From NCBI GenBank assembly GCA_030704615.1, contig CM060731.1, positions 52,824,001-52,888,000 on the forward strand: 64,000 nucleotides of DNA. Reading direction: 5' to 3'. This document shows positions 12,894-25,201 of this stretch, piece after piece (the first letter of the stretch is position 1; the number at the start of each line of letters is the position of its first letter). This stretch comes from Takakia lepidozioides. Lineage: Eukaryota > Plantae > Bryophyta. Under the pieces are notes generated by a model. The model worked only from the letters and a program-made list of their open reading frames with translations. It was not told the origin of the DNA and searched no databases. Position numbers and translations under genes: made by a program.

Positions 12894-14568
12894 TATGATT
12901 AAAGATTTGTGATATAGCTGGCAATAGTGTACAAAGAGACATCCCATGGCAAGCATCTGGTATGGAATAGGAGCACTGCAGAGAATTGTGGGGAGATTTT
13001 TAACTTGGAACCACTGTTGAGTTGCATCTTTGTAACTATATAACTGTCTGCCCAAATGGTGGGAAAACCAGTAGAATAGTGGCAGGTATTTGCTAAACAA
13101 AAGTAGTGCACCCTGTCTGCCCTGATAATGACCCTGTCTGCCCTGATAATGCAATGTCACTCTGACAGTGAATATGAAAGAATATTGAAGTGGCTCTTTT
13201 CCTTGCAACTCAATTTACTATTCCTCCTCACCAATGTACATCTTGTTATGTCAGTGCTACTTTCTAACCTCTCCTCATTGGTGTAATGGGGAGGAAACAT
13301 GAACCATCACCATTAATTGTTGAAGGCTTCATGAGAAGTTTAGACACAACCGTCATAACGAAGACACCATGGACATCATGCCAAGCTGTGGTGCCAGTTG
13401 CTAGATGTGAACTTCATGATGACCTTGCATGTCACTTCCACAGGAAAGTATCAAGCAAACATTGATTACCGATGTGTGCTTCACACAACACCCACTTGTT
13501 GAGGGAACTGTCGGCTTTGCCAATCTCTATACATCATATGGGTTCCAAACCTGCGCAGGTGTTGTAATCATCCCAGCACCACTGTAATCCACAAGCACCT
13601 ACAAACTACAGCCTCTAAACTACTTGGTGCACATTTTGGATGGCCTTCCCCAGTCAAATGGTCAGAATGATGCTCATGAGTATCTTACCAAAACCTTCAC
13701 TTGTCTGCTAGCTTTGAATTTCTGCAATTAAACCCTCAAAATCTTCAGAAAAGAGTTAGTGTTTGACAAGAACCACGGCCCCAACAACAGTCAATCAACC
13801 AAAGAAAAGGATCTCCTGAACCCTCTACGCTCTCCCCCATGCCCTCTCAACTTGGATGGGGCCCAACATGTACACAATCACCCAGAGCCCAAGAGGTTGG
13901 GAATCCCAAATGTTCCGTCTTCCTGTATCAGATTCACAAGTCTTCTGTTCTGGTAGACATTTCATTTCACTAGAAAGTAAAGGATTGATCTTGACAAAAT
14001 ACCAAGGATGCCAAAAGTGAGGAGTCTCAACTTTGTAGACACCACTTCATTCACCTAAACACCGATCTTTCCAAAATCATAACAGGACTAGCATGTGACA
14101 CTCTCACAGCACTTGCCATTCGAGTGCTCATCATCTTTGGTAGTTTAGTGCAACACAGCAGATGGTACAAGACAAGCAAAATAAGACTAACGGATGTTAC
14201 GGTTTGGAGGGTTCTGCCTGCAACCTAATCACAACAGACCCAAAGCATTCCTTCATCCAAAGACAACTGGAGTGGTCCAACGCAGCTTTCAGAGATCCAA
14301 AATGGGGATCTGTTGATTCTAAGCCACAAATATCACTAATCATTCTTCATTCATGTGTTCAAAAACGTAACACTCATTACTTCCAAAGAATTATACTGGA
14401 GTTTGTCTTAATAGTATCTTACTGAACAAAGAAGACAAATGGAGACAAAACTCCTAGATTGCCAAGATAACCCCCACGACTTCTGATCTTTGATCAAACC
14501 TGCAGACACTGCCTCCACAAACAGGTCAAGAATGCACTATCAGTTCCAGAAGTGAAAGCAGGGTCATA

Positions 14569-15963
14569 CTACCCTGCGGCAACAGCCTCCTGATTGCTCC
14601 CAGTAGCATCTAGAGGGGGAGAAGGCATAACCTTGCTGACAGCACTCTCCTCTGTGACCTTGTCATCTTTTTGGTTGTCTTTTCCTTTGGGACTCGTCCC
14701 CTTGGAGGCACGTTCCTGTACCTTCCCATTGCCCTCCGGTTGGACTCGGCGACTATCCTCCTCCTTCACTACCGCAGCTTCTTGTTGCTCCTGAGCTTCC
14801 TCTCCATCATCTACCCCAGTCTGCCGCAATTGTTTAAGTAGCGTAGCATTCTCCTCCTGCAACCTCTTGCACTCTTCAGAGACCCGGGAAAGTTCTGTCC
14901 GCAGAGCCATGTTCTCCACAGACAGCGTGTCAACTCGCGTACCCAGCTCCTCACACTCTGCCTGCTTCCGCAGTCGGGAACGTCTGGCTGACTCACGGTT
15001 AGACTGCTTTCTTCTCTGACGCTTCACCTCCCGCTCATCTTGTAGCCAGAGCTCTGGAGGAACGTTGTCACGGCTGCCAGTAGGAGCGCTAGATGTGGCA
15101 GCCAACATTCCAGTCGAAGTACTCGCGGAAGACTGCTTGCCAGCCTTCACGCCAAGAGTTGCAGGAGCGGATCCACTCCAGTAATCAAGGCCTATATCCA
15201 GACTTGGTGCGGGTGCACCCACCGGCGGGGGGCCTGCACCTGCAACAGCTTGACCAGTAGATGGGGCACCTCCTGCAGGCACAGCTGCACCTCCTGCCTG
15301 TAGATCATATGGCGGAATGCTAGTGCCTCCCACTCCAACGGCGTCCAGAGTCACCTGCTCAAAACTCCTCTTGCGCAGAATGTTTTGGGAGTTGTCCTCC
15401 TCACTGCCCTCACTAGAGCCTTCACTCCCACTCTCGTTGCTGCTGTGAGAAAACACCCCGTTGGCTGACCCCGTATTTCCTTTCCCTCCTTCCCTTCCTT
15501 TGCCAGTCACCATCGCAAGGCCGCCCTTACTGCCTTTCATGCGCTTCAAGGGGCTCGGATTCTTCCCACCTTCCAAGGGCTTGGTATCTGTCTCCATACC
15601 GGCCCCTGCACCAATCATTGCTTCAGTGGCACCACCAGGTGAGGGCATCCCATACTGGCCATAGAGATGAGATCCCGGTTGCATTGGAGGATGCCCGTAC
15701 ATTCCTCCGTGCGGATACATGGCACCGTATGAAGGATGCGGGGGGCCTCCGTAAGGCGGCATCATAGGCTGGCCTCCCCACATGTAAGGATGGGGACTGG
15801 ATGCCACAGATGGAGGAAAGAAGCCTGCAGGAGGCTGTCCACCCGAATTGTAATACGCTTGAAAGGCAGCAGCCCACTCAGGATATGAATGGGCTGGCGG
15901 CTGCTCCTGGGGGGTAGCCACCTTGGCAGCCTTGGTTGGCGTCCCTGTCTCGCCTGCCCCCAT
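14569..15963 (-). CDS. Group G bZIP (G-box binding factor), intronless CDS
   Basis: 464-aa ORF with a Pro-rich MFMR domain (YPEWAAAFQAYY, PHPYMWG) and basic region QDEREVKRQRRKQSNRESARRSRLRKQAE followed by a leucine zipper. Confidence 0.93.
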   Translation of the reverse strand: MGAGETGTPTKAAKVATPQEQPPAHSYPEWAAAFQAYYNSGGQPPAGFFPPSVASSPHPYMWGGQPMMPPYGGPPHPSYGAMYPHGGMYGHPPMQPGSHLYGQYGMPSPGGATEAMIGAGAGMETDTKPLEGGKNPSPLKRMKGSKGGLAMVTGKGREGGKGNTGSANGVFSHSSNESGSEGSSEGSEEDNSQNILRKRSFEQVTLDAVGVGGTSIPPYDLQAGGAAVPAGGAPSTGQAVAGAGPPPVGAPAPSLDIGLDYWSGSAPATLGVKAGKQSSASTSTGMLAATSSAPTGSRDNVPPELWLQDEREVKRQRRKQSNRESARRSRLRKQAECEELGTRVDTLSVENMALRTELSRVSEECKRLQEENATLLKQLRQTGVDDGEEAQEQQEAAVVKEEDSRRVQPEGNGKVQERASKGTSPKGKDNQKDDKVTEESAVSKVMPSPPLDATGSNQEAVAAG

Positions 15964-18490
15964 TGCTTGATAAGTCTTCTCACAGCTTCTGGTCGAAGTT
16001 CAAATCAGTGCTATCCCAAACAAAACGGTCATTTTGCTGCTTCCGAGATCACACTTACCCCAACTTTGCGCAATTGACATCATATTTGCCTCCTGCTACA
16101 TGCTCGATGGACAGGCTGCTACACAACCTAAGTGAAGATGAAAAAGGCTCACAAGTGGCAAGATCAGGCAGGTCAACCCACACAACCCTGATGGGCTAGA
16201 AAAACATCTAAGATCGGCCAGTCAAGACCCCAACCTCGCAAACAGTTGGGTGCAAGTCTTTAGACAAAACAGAAGAGACAATACAACTTTGTGAACATCA
16301 TCACCTGCACTGAGTGACAGGCAGAACAGAACAACCAAACCCCCCCAAAGATCCAAACATCTAACAACCAAGACGGACAGTGGCTTCAAAAGCACCAGAA
16401 GCAGTCGATCACACCAGTAACGGGTAACAAACACTCTCTCTACTTGAACCAGCCCAAAATCCCTCCCTTGGACCTTCAACCGGAACACTACAAAGAAACC
16501 CAGATGCCTACGAAGCGCAGTCGAGAAACTGGAGGGAACGGTAAAGCCGACTCGGCTCGCTAAAGGCCAGTAAAGACGGTGTGGTCACCTTGCAAGCGCA
16601 GGAATCAGCACCACAGTGTGCACACACTGGGGCCTCGGACGCCACGAGGCAAGTCTTGACAAGAGATTCGCTGGGACCCTGCCTGCCTTGAGAGATAAGT
16701 GAGACCATGTCACGATCCACGCGGCGGGGCATCACGGGAGCGAGCTTCATATCTGTCCACATGCGTGGGCATTCTTTTTTTGACTTGGGCACAAAGAAAG
16801 CCCGCGCTGTGGCTGCATCACTGCGCGCCAATGGCACGCTGCATCGGTGGACGCCATCGATGCTGCCGCCTTGCCATTTTGGCAGACCATCGCTACGCGT
16901 AATTTTCAACGGCACAGATGCCCCTCTTGCTTGCCACCCTAGTTTCTCCTCGTGGGTCTCGGAGAGGAAATCACCCGAATCCGTGTCCGATGTGGGTTGC
17001 CACAGGGGTGCTGGCGTTGGAACACGATTTGCAGAGGTGGGTTGTTTAGTGATCTGAACTGTCCGTATGACTCCCCCGTCCCCTTATTTGTTTGTGAGTA
17101 GGCATCTGGAAGTTGATGGGATGTAAGCTAACAGGGACCCTGGATGTGGGGATCACGATACGTCATTCCAATGAGGTTTGGGCGAGCTCTGATTTTGCTT
17201 GAGCAGGACTCGTGACAGTTCGTCCTTGGAAGCCATAAGCAGCAGGCTTGGAGACTTGTATGCAGTATTGCCATCAAGAGGACAAGAGCAGGTAAGTAAG
17301 CTTCCAAATCTAACCTGCGGGTGCTGTTTTGAAGGCTGTACTGTGCACCAAGTAGAACGTCGGCTATATTATCGCTGTGTGAAGCAAGATGCAAACTCTT
17401 ATTTTCCGTTTCAGAGAAGAGCTGTAATGTGGTCCTAAGTGAGCTCACAATTTTTATATTATCCTAAGTACTGTAACGTCATGTCGGCATGGCATGCACG
17501 TTTTGCTTTTCAGTCCTGTTGGGCTTTTAAGTCGTGTTAAATTTGACTTCCCTGTTTGAGTCTCTCAATCTCGTCATGGTTCTGCCAGTTAATCCCGAGG
17601 TTGAGCGTGGGTCTCTCAGCTGCAAGTTGGAATAGGGGAGAGAGAGATTGTGCGATGAGCATGGTTTGAATACTGTTGCTATAGGAACAAACCCTTATTG
17701 GTCGATGTTGATCCTACGAGTACACCTAGTCACATTGCCTCAGTAGGTCTTAGTACGAAGTTTTTGATCAAGTGGAAGCCCCATGATAAGCCTAACCACG
17801 GATGCGGGGACCAAGCTTACTACTGGTACCCGTAAGATCTTCCTGTGGAGGTGGTAAAAACATTTTCCATTTCCCCTCCTGTTCTCGTCTAATGTAAGGG
17901 TTCTAGAGTCTACAAGTTCGAAGCCAACTCTGGCCCTAGTTACGTGGACAGCAGCAGATTTCTTATTTTCACTTGAAGAGGCTGCATCACCAAAAGACAA
18001 TCCAGTTTAGTCTGGATTGTGGCTAAATATTTGCTAGTACTTTCTTCATCCTGACTTTGTTGAACTTCTTTCTGTGCATGCCGTTCTCCAGAGGTCTCCT
18101 TGGCACCAAAGGCATTTTATCGAAGCTTCTCTTGCCTTATCCTTATTTCTTCTGGGCATGCAGTATCATGTGGCCAGGTCAGTGCTAAAGGATGACTATG
18201 ACTTTCAATAATCTGAAATTTGGATGCTTCACCACTGAAAAGTTAATCTCTCTCAGCGGCTTTGTTGACAGTGGTGGCTATGGCTGGATGTGGAACAGCC
18301 TATGTTGTTTGGATGCTCTTTTATCCGTTCTCGTCTGTCGTTCCAGTTCCAGAAAACACAGAGTGATAGCAATTCTTTTTGCTATCCAGAGGGTGCCCCC
18401 CAGACAAGGGGATGTGGTCAACCATCCCATGACCCTCCAACCGTGAATTCTGTTCTTGTACTCTGCAGTGAGGGTGTTCATGATATACAG

Positions 18491-18584
18491 ATGTTTGTGG
18501 ATTTGCCCGATGAAATTGACTTACGAAGCTGCATGCAAGGCAGAGGCCGTGAAACAGATGAACAGCTCTTGCCTGACACCTTAG
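18491..18584 (+). pseudogene. Isolated diverged copy of one UBP14 exon
   Basis: FVDLPDEIDL..CMQGRGRETDEQLLPDT with flanking AG/GT matches UBP14 exon 53916-54008 ([29 protein letters not shown]). Confidence 0.8.
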
Positions 18585-18881
18585 GTTTTTTTCCCCCTCT
18601 TCCTATTTGAGCTGCAAACTTGATTTCCAACCTGAAAACCAAGTAGTCAACCGCCAACCTGCGACCTCCTGCACAAGCAATCTACCAAGCTTCTTTCAAC
18701 CTGTGCAGCTCCTGCTAGTTTTGTCGGCTGCCGACCTGCTGTCACCCTGACAGACCACTTTACCACCATAGTCTAACTGCCTCCTGATGCTAGATGGAGT
18801 CCAACCTGGTGGTTAGAGATTTGTGCACACCTGTACTCTGGCCGAGAACTTGCTAAACCAACTTAGGCCACCCAGATGGAC

Positions 18882-19023
18882 AAGATTGGACGTTATTCCG
18901 GTTCGTCCTAATTCTTGTTCAACTATTTTTCAAGCAAGGCAGCTAATAAGTCATAAAGAGATTTGCGGCTGACGACACTAAACCCCCCTCCATTTGCAGT
19001 AGTGATGTGTCATTGGCACATGT
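18882..19023 (+). repeat. Second copy of the rps4-NUMT / CACTA right end / flank junction
   Basis: Near-identical to 44323-44492 with an internal deletion. Includes the ...gcagTAGTG terminus and the host flank atgtgtcattggcacatgt. Confidence 0.85.
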
Positions 19024-19254
19024 AGACAGCTCACAAATCAGACCCCGTAATAGTGAGAGGAGAAAATAACCTTTTTCACATTAACAGTGCCATGGAGGTG
19101 TTGGCGTATGAGTGGGACACCGCCCAGGGAAGGGGGAGAAGAGAATACCACACCCTTCAAGTAGCAAGATTTGACCCAGAGTCATCTGGGTGGTACTCAA
19201 TGCACTTAACCACTACTGACTGTTGGAGGTTATTTTCTCCTCTCACCAAAGAAA

Positions 19255-20004
19255 AACTAGGGCTTCATGTTGCTCCGCACTACTTGCGACAAAATCTGAG
19301 AACTACATTCAATTTTTCACAGAAATGGGGTGGGTCAAAAGGGGTGGATCATCCCCACGGTGTTACATGCAGAGATCCTTTTCTGGAAGAAAAATGGTGG
19401 ATTTGCATTTCAATTTTCACGAGCTGCATCAACCAAACAACATACCCAAATACCCTTACATTCACTATATGAACTTTCAAGCATCCACCATGCGATTGGA
19501 TCTTAGTGGGTGAAGGCTAGCTTTTGACAATATTCATGCGATTATGTCAAGGGCTCCATCCAAAGCCGCACCACGAGAAACAAACAAACATGTCTAAATT
19601 TAAGATCCTGAACAAATTTGTCCATGGGACTGCCCCTCCCATCAAGCTCGTTAAAATTTGTATTCACTTCCAGCTTCAAGCTTTGGAGAAGCTCCACCAC
19701 CCAAACCCAGAATTAGCAGAGCACTCTGATTTCCATCCACTGTCGCCAGAATCAGTCAAAAATCACCCCTTTAGTCAAGTGCAATTGTGGGCCGACTTCC
19801 CACCTATGCAGGGTAGACCCCACTATCAGGAAATGGTGGATGGTCTGAGTAGCTACACAGATCAATAAATGAAGCAAGACACTTGCATCTTGCACTCAAC
19901 AGTACATAATGGTCAATACTCTCAGGAAGTGGTGGATGGTCTGAGTAGCTACACAGATCAATGAATGAAGCAAGACACTTGCATCTTTCCAAGAAAACAT
20001 CCTT
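19255..20004. repeat. Duplicated downstream flank of the PPR-DYW locus (paralogous to 31575-32168)
   Basis: Long collinear identity, e.g. catacccaaatacccttacattcactatatgaactttcaagc and aagctttggagaagctccaccacccaaacccagaattagca. Its left end also recurs at ~23990-24090. Confidence 0.85.
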
Positions 20005-22545
20005 TCACCAGTAATCACCACAAGAACAAATCCCATCTTCAAAGTGGTGGAAAGTAGTTAGCGTCCCATACAACAATTGCTCGGCCAACAATCTTTGAGA
20101 TGAATTTGGTGGAGGTGTGGCAGTCTCCACACACTCGAACATTCTTGATGAGTTGTGCTGATCAGCCCAAAACCAATGGCCAGCATCTCACTATGGTGGC
20201 AAAGAGAAATTCCTTTCCTCCACATCATGCAATAAAAAGCATGTGTCAGGCACATACCCCGCCTCCTTCATCTGCCCAGACAATTTTCTCAGCTCAACAT
20301 GGATTTCCTTAATTCTGGGATGCAACTTGTCATCTGGCTCCTTTCTAACCCCTCTGACCTTCATCCTTCTTCTCACCTTTGCAGTATCATCCCACCTGCC
20401 AACTGCAGCATAGATGTTTGACATAGCAACACATAAGTTGCGGCATCCAGGATAGATGTTGCCACACATTCAGCTATCTCCACATTGCCATGGATTCTGC
20501 AGGCACCAAGGCATTCCACACCATAACATCTGGATTGATTGGCATTTTATTAATCAGGTCCACTGCCTCATGTAGTTGTCCCGCTCGTCCAGAAGGTCCA
20601 CCATGCAGCCAAAGTGCTTTACTGGCGGGGTGACACCATGATCTTGACTCAGGGAATCGAAGTAGCGTCTTCCTTCGGCCAGTGTGGCTATGTAGAGAGA
20701 ACACATATAAAGGTGATATTGTCCGGCTTCAAGCCGTTCTTTTGCATTCCTTCAAATAGTTGCAGGACCTCCCTGTGACAACCATGTTGGGCATATCCTG
20801 CGATCATCGGATTCCACGACACCACATTTCATTCAGCCACATTGTCAAATACTCCCTTTGCATCCTCAATGCACCCACATTTCACATACATGTCCACCAG
20901 GGCAGTGTGTCCAGAATGACATTTGGTACAATTTGAGCTTTGAAGATGTCACCATGCACCCTTTGCCCTTTTCCAGGGCTGCCATGCTTGCCCAAGCATT
21001 GCAAACGCACACAAACGTGATGTGGTTGCACTTCCCCCCTTCCCCCATCATTTGCTCATAGGTCTCCAAGGCCTCCATCCCGCGCCCCTGCTGTGCTGCA
21101 AGCATGGCGTTCCATGACACCAAATCTCGTTCAGCCATACTGTTGAACACTCCCTCCGCATCCTCAATGCTCCCACATTTGGCATACATGTCCACGAGGG
21201 TATTGTTCAGAATCACATCTGGTACAATTCCAGCTTTGGCGATGCAATTATGCACCTCTTTGCCCTTTTCCAAGGCTGCCAGGCTTGCACACGCACTGCA
21301 AACGCACACAAACGTGATGTGGTTGGGCTTCACCCCTTCCCCCATCATTTGCTCATAGGTCTCCAAAGCCTCCATCCCACGCCCCTGCTGTGCATACCCC
21401 TGCAAGCATCGCGTTCCACGACAGCATATCTCGTTCAGCCATAGTGTTGAAATTAACTCCCTTCACATCCTTAATGCACCCACATTTGGCATACATGTCC
21501 ACCAGGGCAGTGTTCAGGATGACATCTGGTACAATTCCAGCTTTGACGATGTCACCTTGGACCTCTTTCCCCTTTTCCAGAGCTCCCAGGCTTGCACACG
21601 CATTGCAAACACAGACAAATGTGATGTGGTTGGTTTTCACACCTTCGCACATCATTTGCTCATAGGTCTCCAAAGCCTCCAGCCCACACCCTTGCTGTGC
21701 ATATCTTGCAATCATCACACTCGACGACACCACATCACGTTCAGCCATACTGACAAACACTCCATTTGCATCCTCGATGCACCCACATTTGACATACATG
21801 TCCACCAGGGCAGTGTTCAGAATGACATCGGGTACAATTCCAGATTTGATAATGTCACCATGGACCTCTTTGCACTTTTCCAGGGCTAAAAGGCGTACAC
21901 ACGCATTGCAAATGCAAACAAACATTATGTGGTTGGGCTTCACCCCTCGGCACATCATTTGCTCATAGATCTCCAAAGCCTTCATCCTGCGCCCTTACTG
22001 TGCGTATCCTGCAATCATCGCACTCCACGACACCACATCTCGTTCAGCCATACTGTCGAACACTCCCTTCATACATGTCCACAAGGGTATTGTTCAGAAT
22101 GACATTTGGTACAATTGCAGCTCTGACAACGTCGCCATGGACCTCTTTGCCCTTTTCCAGAGCTGCCAGGCTTGCACACGCATTGCAAATGCACACAAAC
22201 GTGATGTGGTCGGGCTTCACCCCTTCCCCCATCATTTGATCATAGATCTCCAAAGCCTCCCTACCACGTCCCTGCTGTGGAAACCCTGCAAGCATCGTGT
22301 TCCATGACACCATATCTCGTTCAGCCATAGTGTTGAAAACTCCCTTCGCATCCTTAATGCACCCACATTTGGCATACATGTCCACCAGGGTAGTGTTCAC
22401 AATGGTATCTGGTACAATTCCAGCTTTGACGATGTCATCATGGCCCTCTTTCCCCTTTTCCAGGGCTCCCAGGCTTGCACACGCATTGCAAACACAAATG
22501 TACGTGATGTGGTTGGGCTTCACCTCTTCGCGCATCATTTGCTCA
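20005..22545 (-). pseudogene. PLS-E-DYW RNA-editing factor pseudogene, copy A
   Basis: P-L-S triplets (VSWNAMLAGYAQQG / ITFVCVCNACASL / VILNTALVDMYAKCG), E domain, HHSEMLA, CGDCH and ...CSCGDYW* (stop 20005-20007). Many frameshifts. Confidence 0.9.
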
Positions 22546-22739
22546 CCACATCAAGGTGCCCTCACCACATTGTCCTTGACAATTCAGTATGCATCTCAGG
22601 GCCGAGTCTGATGAGAGGGCAAAACAGGCTGAAATTGGTCGAAGAAGAAGGTGCCCTCACCACATTGGCCTTGACCTTGTGGCACGACCCATGGAAGATT
22701 TGAATCTGGATCCACACTCTATCCCTGCTCCTTCAGCTA

Positions 22740-23095
22740 TATCCTGCAATCATGGCGACAGCATCACGTTGAACATCTTGTCAAATACTTTACAGGCATC
22801 CTGCATGCAGCCACCAATGGCATTCATGTCCAAAAGGGTATTTTCCAAAATGATATCTGTAGCAATTCCCCCTTTGACGATGTCAGCGTACATCTCTCTG
22901 CCCTTTTCCAGGGATCCCAGCTGGCACATACCTTGAGAACGAAAGTGAGTGCAACCTTGTCAGGCCTTACCCCATCCTGTATCATTCGCTCATACAACTT
23001 GAAGGCTTCCCTTCCATATCCATGCTGAACATATACTAAGATCATGGAGCTCCATGCGACCACAGAATGTATAGTAATATTGTCGAACACACTCT
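22740..23095 (-). pseudogene. Divergent PLS-PPR fragment
   Basis: VVAWSSMILVYVQHGYGREAFKLYERM..PDKV followed by frameshifted L/S motifs. Confidence 0.7.
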
Positions 23096-23223
23096 ATTGC
23101 ATGCTAACGCAACTAGTGGAACAGTTTTCCCTGTTAGCAGTTAAGAGTGTTCTAATCATCAGAACAATCACAGGAAGCATAAAAAGAGTTCATTGGATGC
23201 ATAGAGAGCTGAATACAACCGTC

Positions 23224-23467
23224 CAACATACCAGCAATATAAGACAGAGGGACAAGGTCTCCTGAAGCAGTGACAGTTCCTCTCAGCGGCAATTTCGGAG
23301 TGACATGAGAGTTTAGAAGCTTTTGCATGGCTTCCAGAATTTCCCAACGAATGCCTGAGTACCCTTGCATCAATGTGTTGGTGCGCACCAGCATGGCCGC
23401 TCGCGTGGTGCATGCTGGCAGGGTGTTACCGTCGCCCTTGGCACCAATGACTCCGGCATTGAGAAAC
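23224..23467 (-). pseudogene. PAL: Phenylalanine ammonia-lyase gene fragment (5' part of one exon)
   Basis: After a CAG acceptor: [40 protein letters not shown]...[23 protein letters not shown], including the MIO-forming ASG. Homology then breaks off abruptly. Confidence 0.9.
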
Positions 23468-25201
23468 CTGAACTCATATATTGTGCACGTGCGATATACA
23501 TAACATCAGCAGCGTATAAGTAGTTTTTCTCAAGACATTAGTCTATCCAGCCATGGTTCACTTACCAGGACCGTCGGCAGTTACTTATAGAGCACATTGA
23601 ATTACATGCCCCCCATCTCTCTTCCACAGCTTTATCAATTCACTTTGTTTCGATCATCAGGCTTGACACTCTCAAGACCCACATGGAGGCAAACACAGAC
23701 CTAAGAACCACCACGGTGCAGCTGAGCAGGCAGAGATTGATTCACGGCCTGCTAAGACCAAGCTGACTCTCCCAAGAACCTCGTAAACATCGGGAAACGG
23801 TGTGTGAAACCTCTCGGCGCTCTAGCACGCATGCCCAGCGCACGCGATGCCTCCCGCGCTGCAAGACAGTCTGGGCAATCCGGGCAGATATAAAACATTT
23901 GAAGACGACGGCTACGAAACGTGGCGACGAAACGTGGCGATGATGACGTGGCACTATGGCACCCTATGCATATGTATGCGATATACATAACTAGGGCCTC
24001 GCGATGCTCCGCATTACTAGCCACGAATTCTGAGAACTACGTTCAATTTGCACAAGGGGGGGGGGGGGGGTCATATGGTGTTACATACACACATCCAGTG
24101 TTTCATTGTTTGGCGCAAGAAGAAGGACGGAGTGTTGTCGAAGCTATCTCGACATTTCATTGTTTGGTGCAGATAAAATTATTCTTCCATCGAGGCTTTA
24201 TTTGAACTATACAACATATTTACAGTCAAACCTGGATAAATGTTACCTTTTTTTTTGTTATATCATCCTATATATTATGGTTTTCTTACTCGGTAAAAAT
24301 ATACACTAGGAAAGACAAAAAGAGTGTTATTTGTTATTTGTTATCGAATACCTACTCTCCTCTTTGTTAAGACAACTCTGTAATTGTTACATTCAATAAT
24401 AATAATAATAATAATAATGGTACTAGTATTCAAATTCATTTGAACTATTGAAATGGGCATTTCAATATTGAGATGGACACTTGAACTATTGAAATGGCTA
24501 GGAGAACCCTAACTGCCGCCTGTTAGGGTTGGGGGGCCCTCCACGGAACTCAAAAACCTCCTGGTAGGGTACGGCGAATGTTTACGGGAATAGAGAGAAT
24601 AGTAGGTTAAGCACTATGTGATGACACCTTCAATGTTAATGAGATACTATGAGCGTAAGTGTGAAGAAGAGAGGAAGCATCAGTGCTACATTTGTGCCAT
24701 TTGAGCCGACAGATGAAGAAATATGGGATATGGTTGCACAAAGTGAAGAAATGCATGAGGACGATGAAGAAGAATTAGTAACTTCGGTTCTACCTTCAGT
24801 CTCTTACTGAAACTGTTCATTTGTATCTTGCACAACAGGCTTACGATATTGGTGTTGCTCTTTCAAAGTGTTTATCCATGGAGAAGGAATTGCATCTTGC
24901 TAAGCAAACAAACTGCCGGCAAAGAGACATTACCCCATATTTTTTGCCCTCTCTCTAAATGTTATTTTGCATCTGAAGGACATGTTTCAATGTTTAAATT
25001 TCTAATTGTTACGTTATGATATTTCAACCTATTTTACTGTTATTTGATATAACTGCCTAATTGTTATAAAGTTCCTACTCTTGCAGCATAACATTTATCC
25101 AGGTTTGACTACCATAGGTGCCCAATGATGTGTTCAATGTGACTTTTATGACAAAATAGTTATTTTTTATTATTTATATTTTTAAGGGAAACACCTGGGA
25201 G

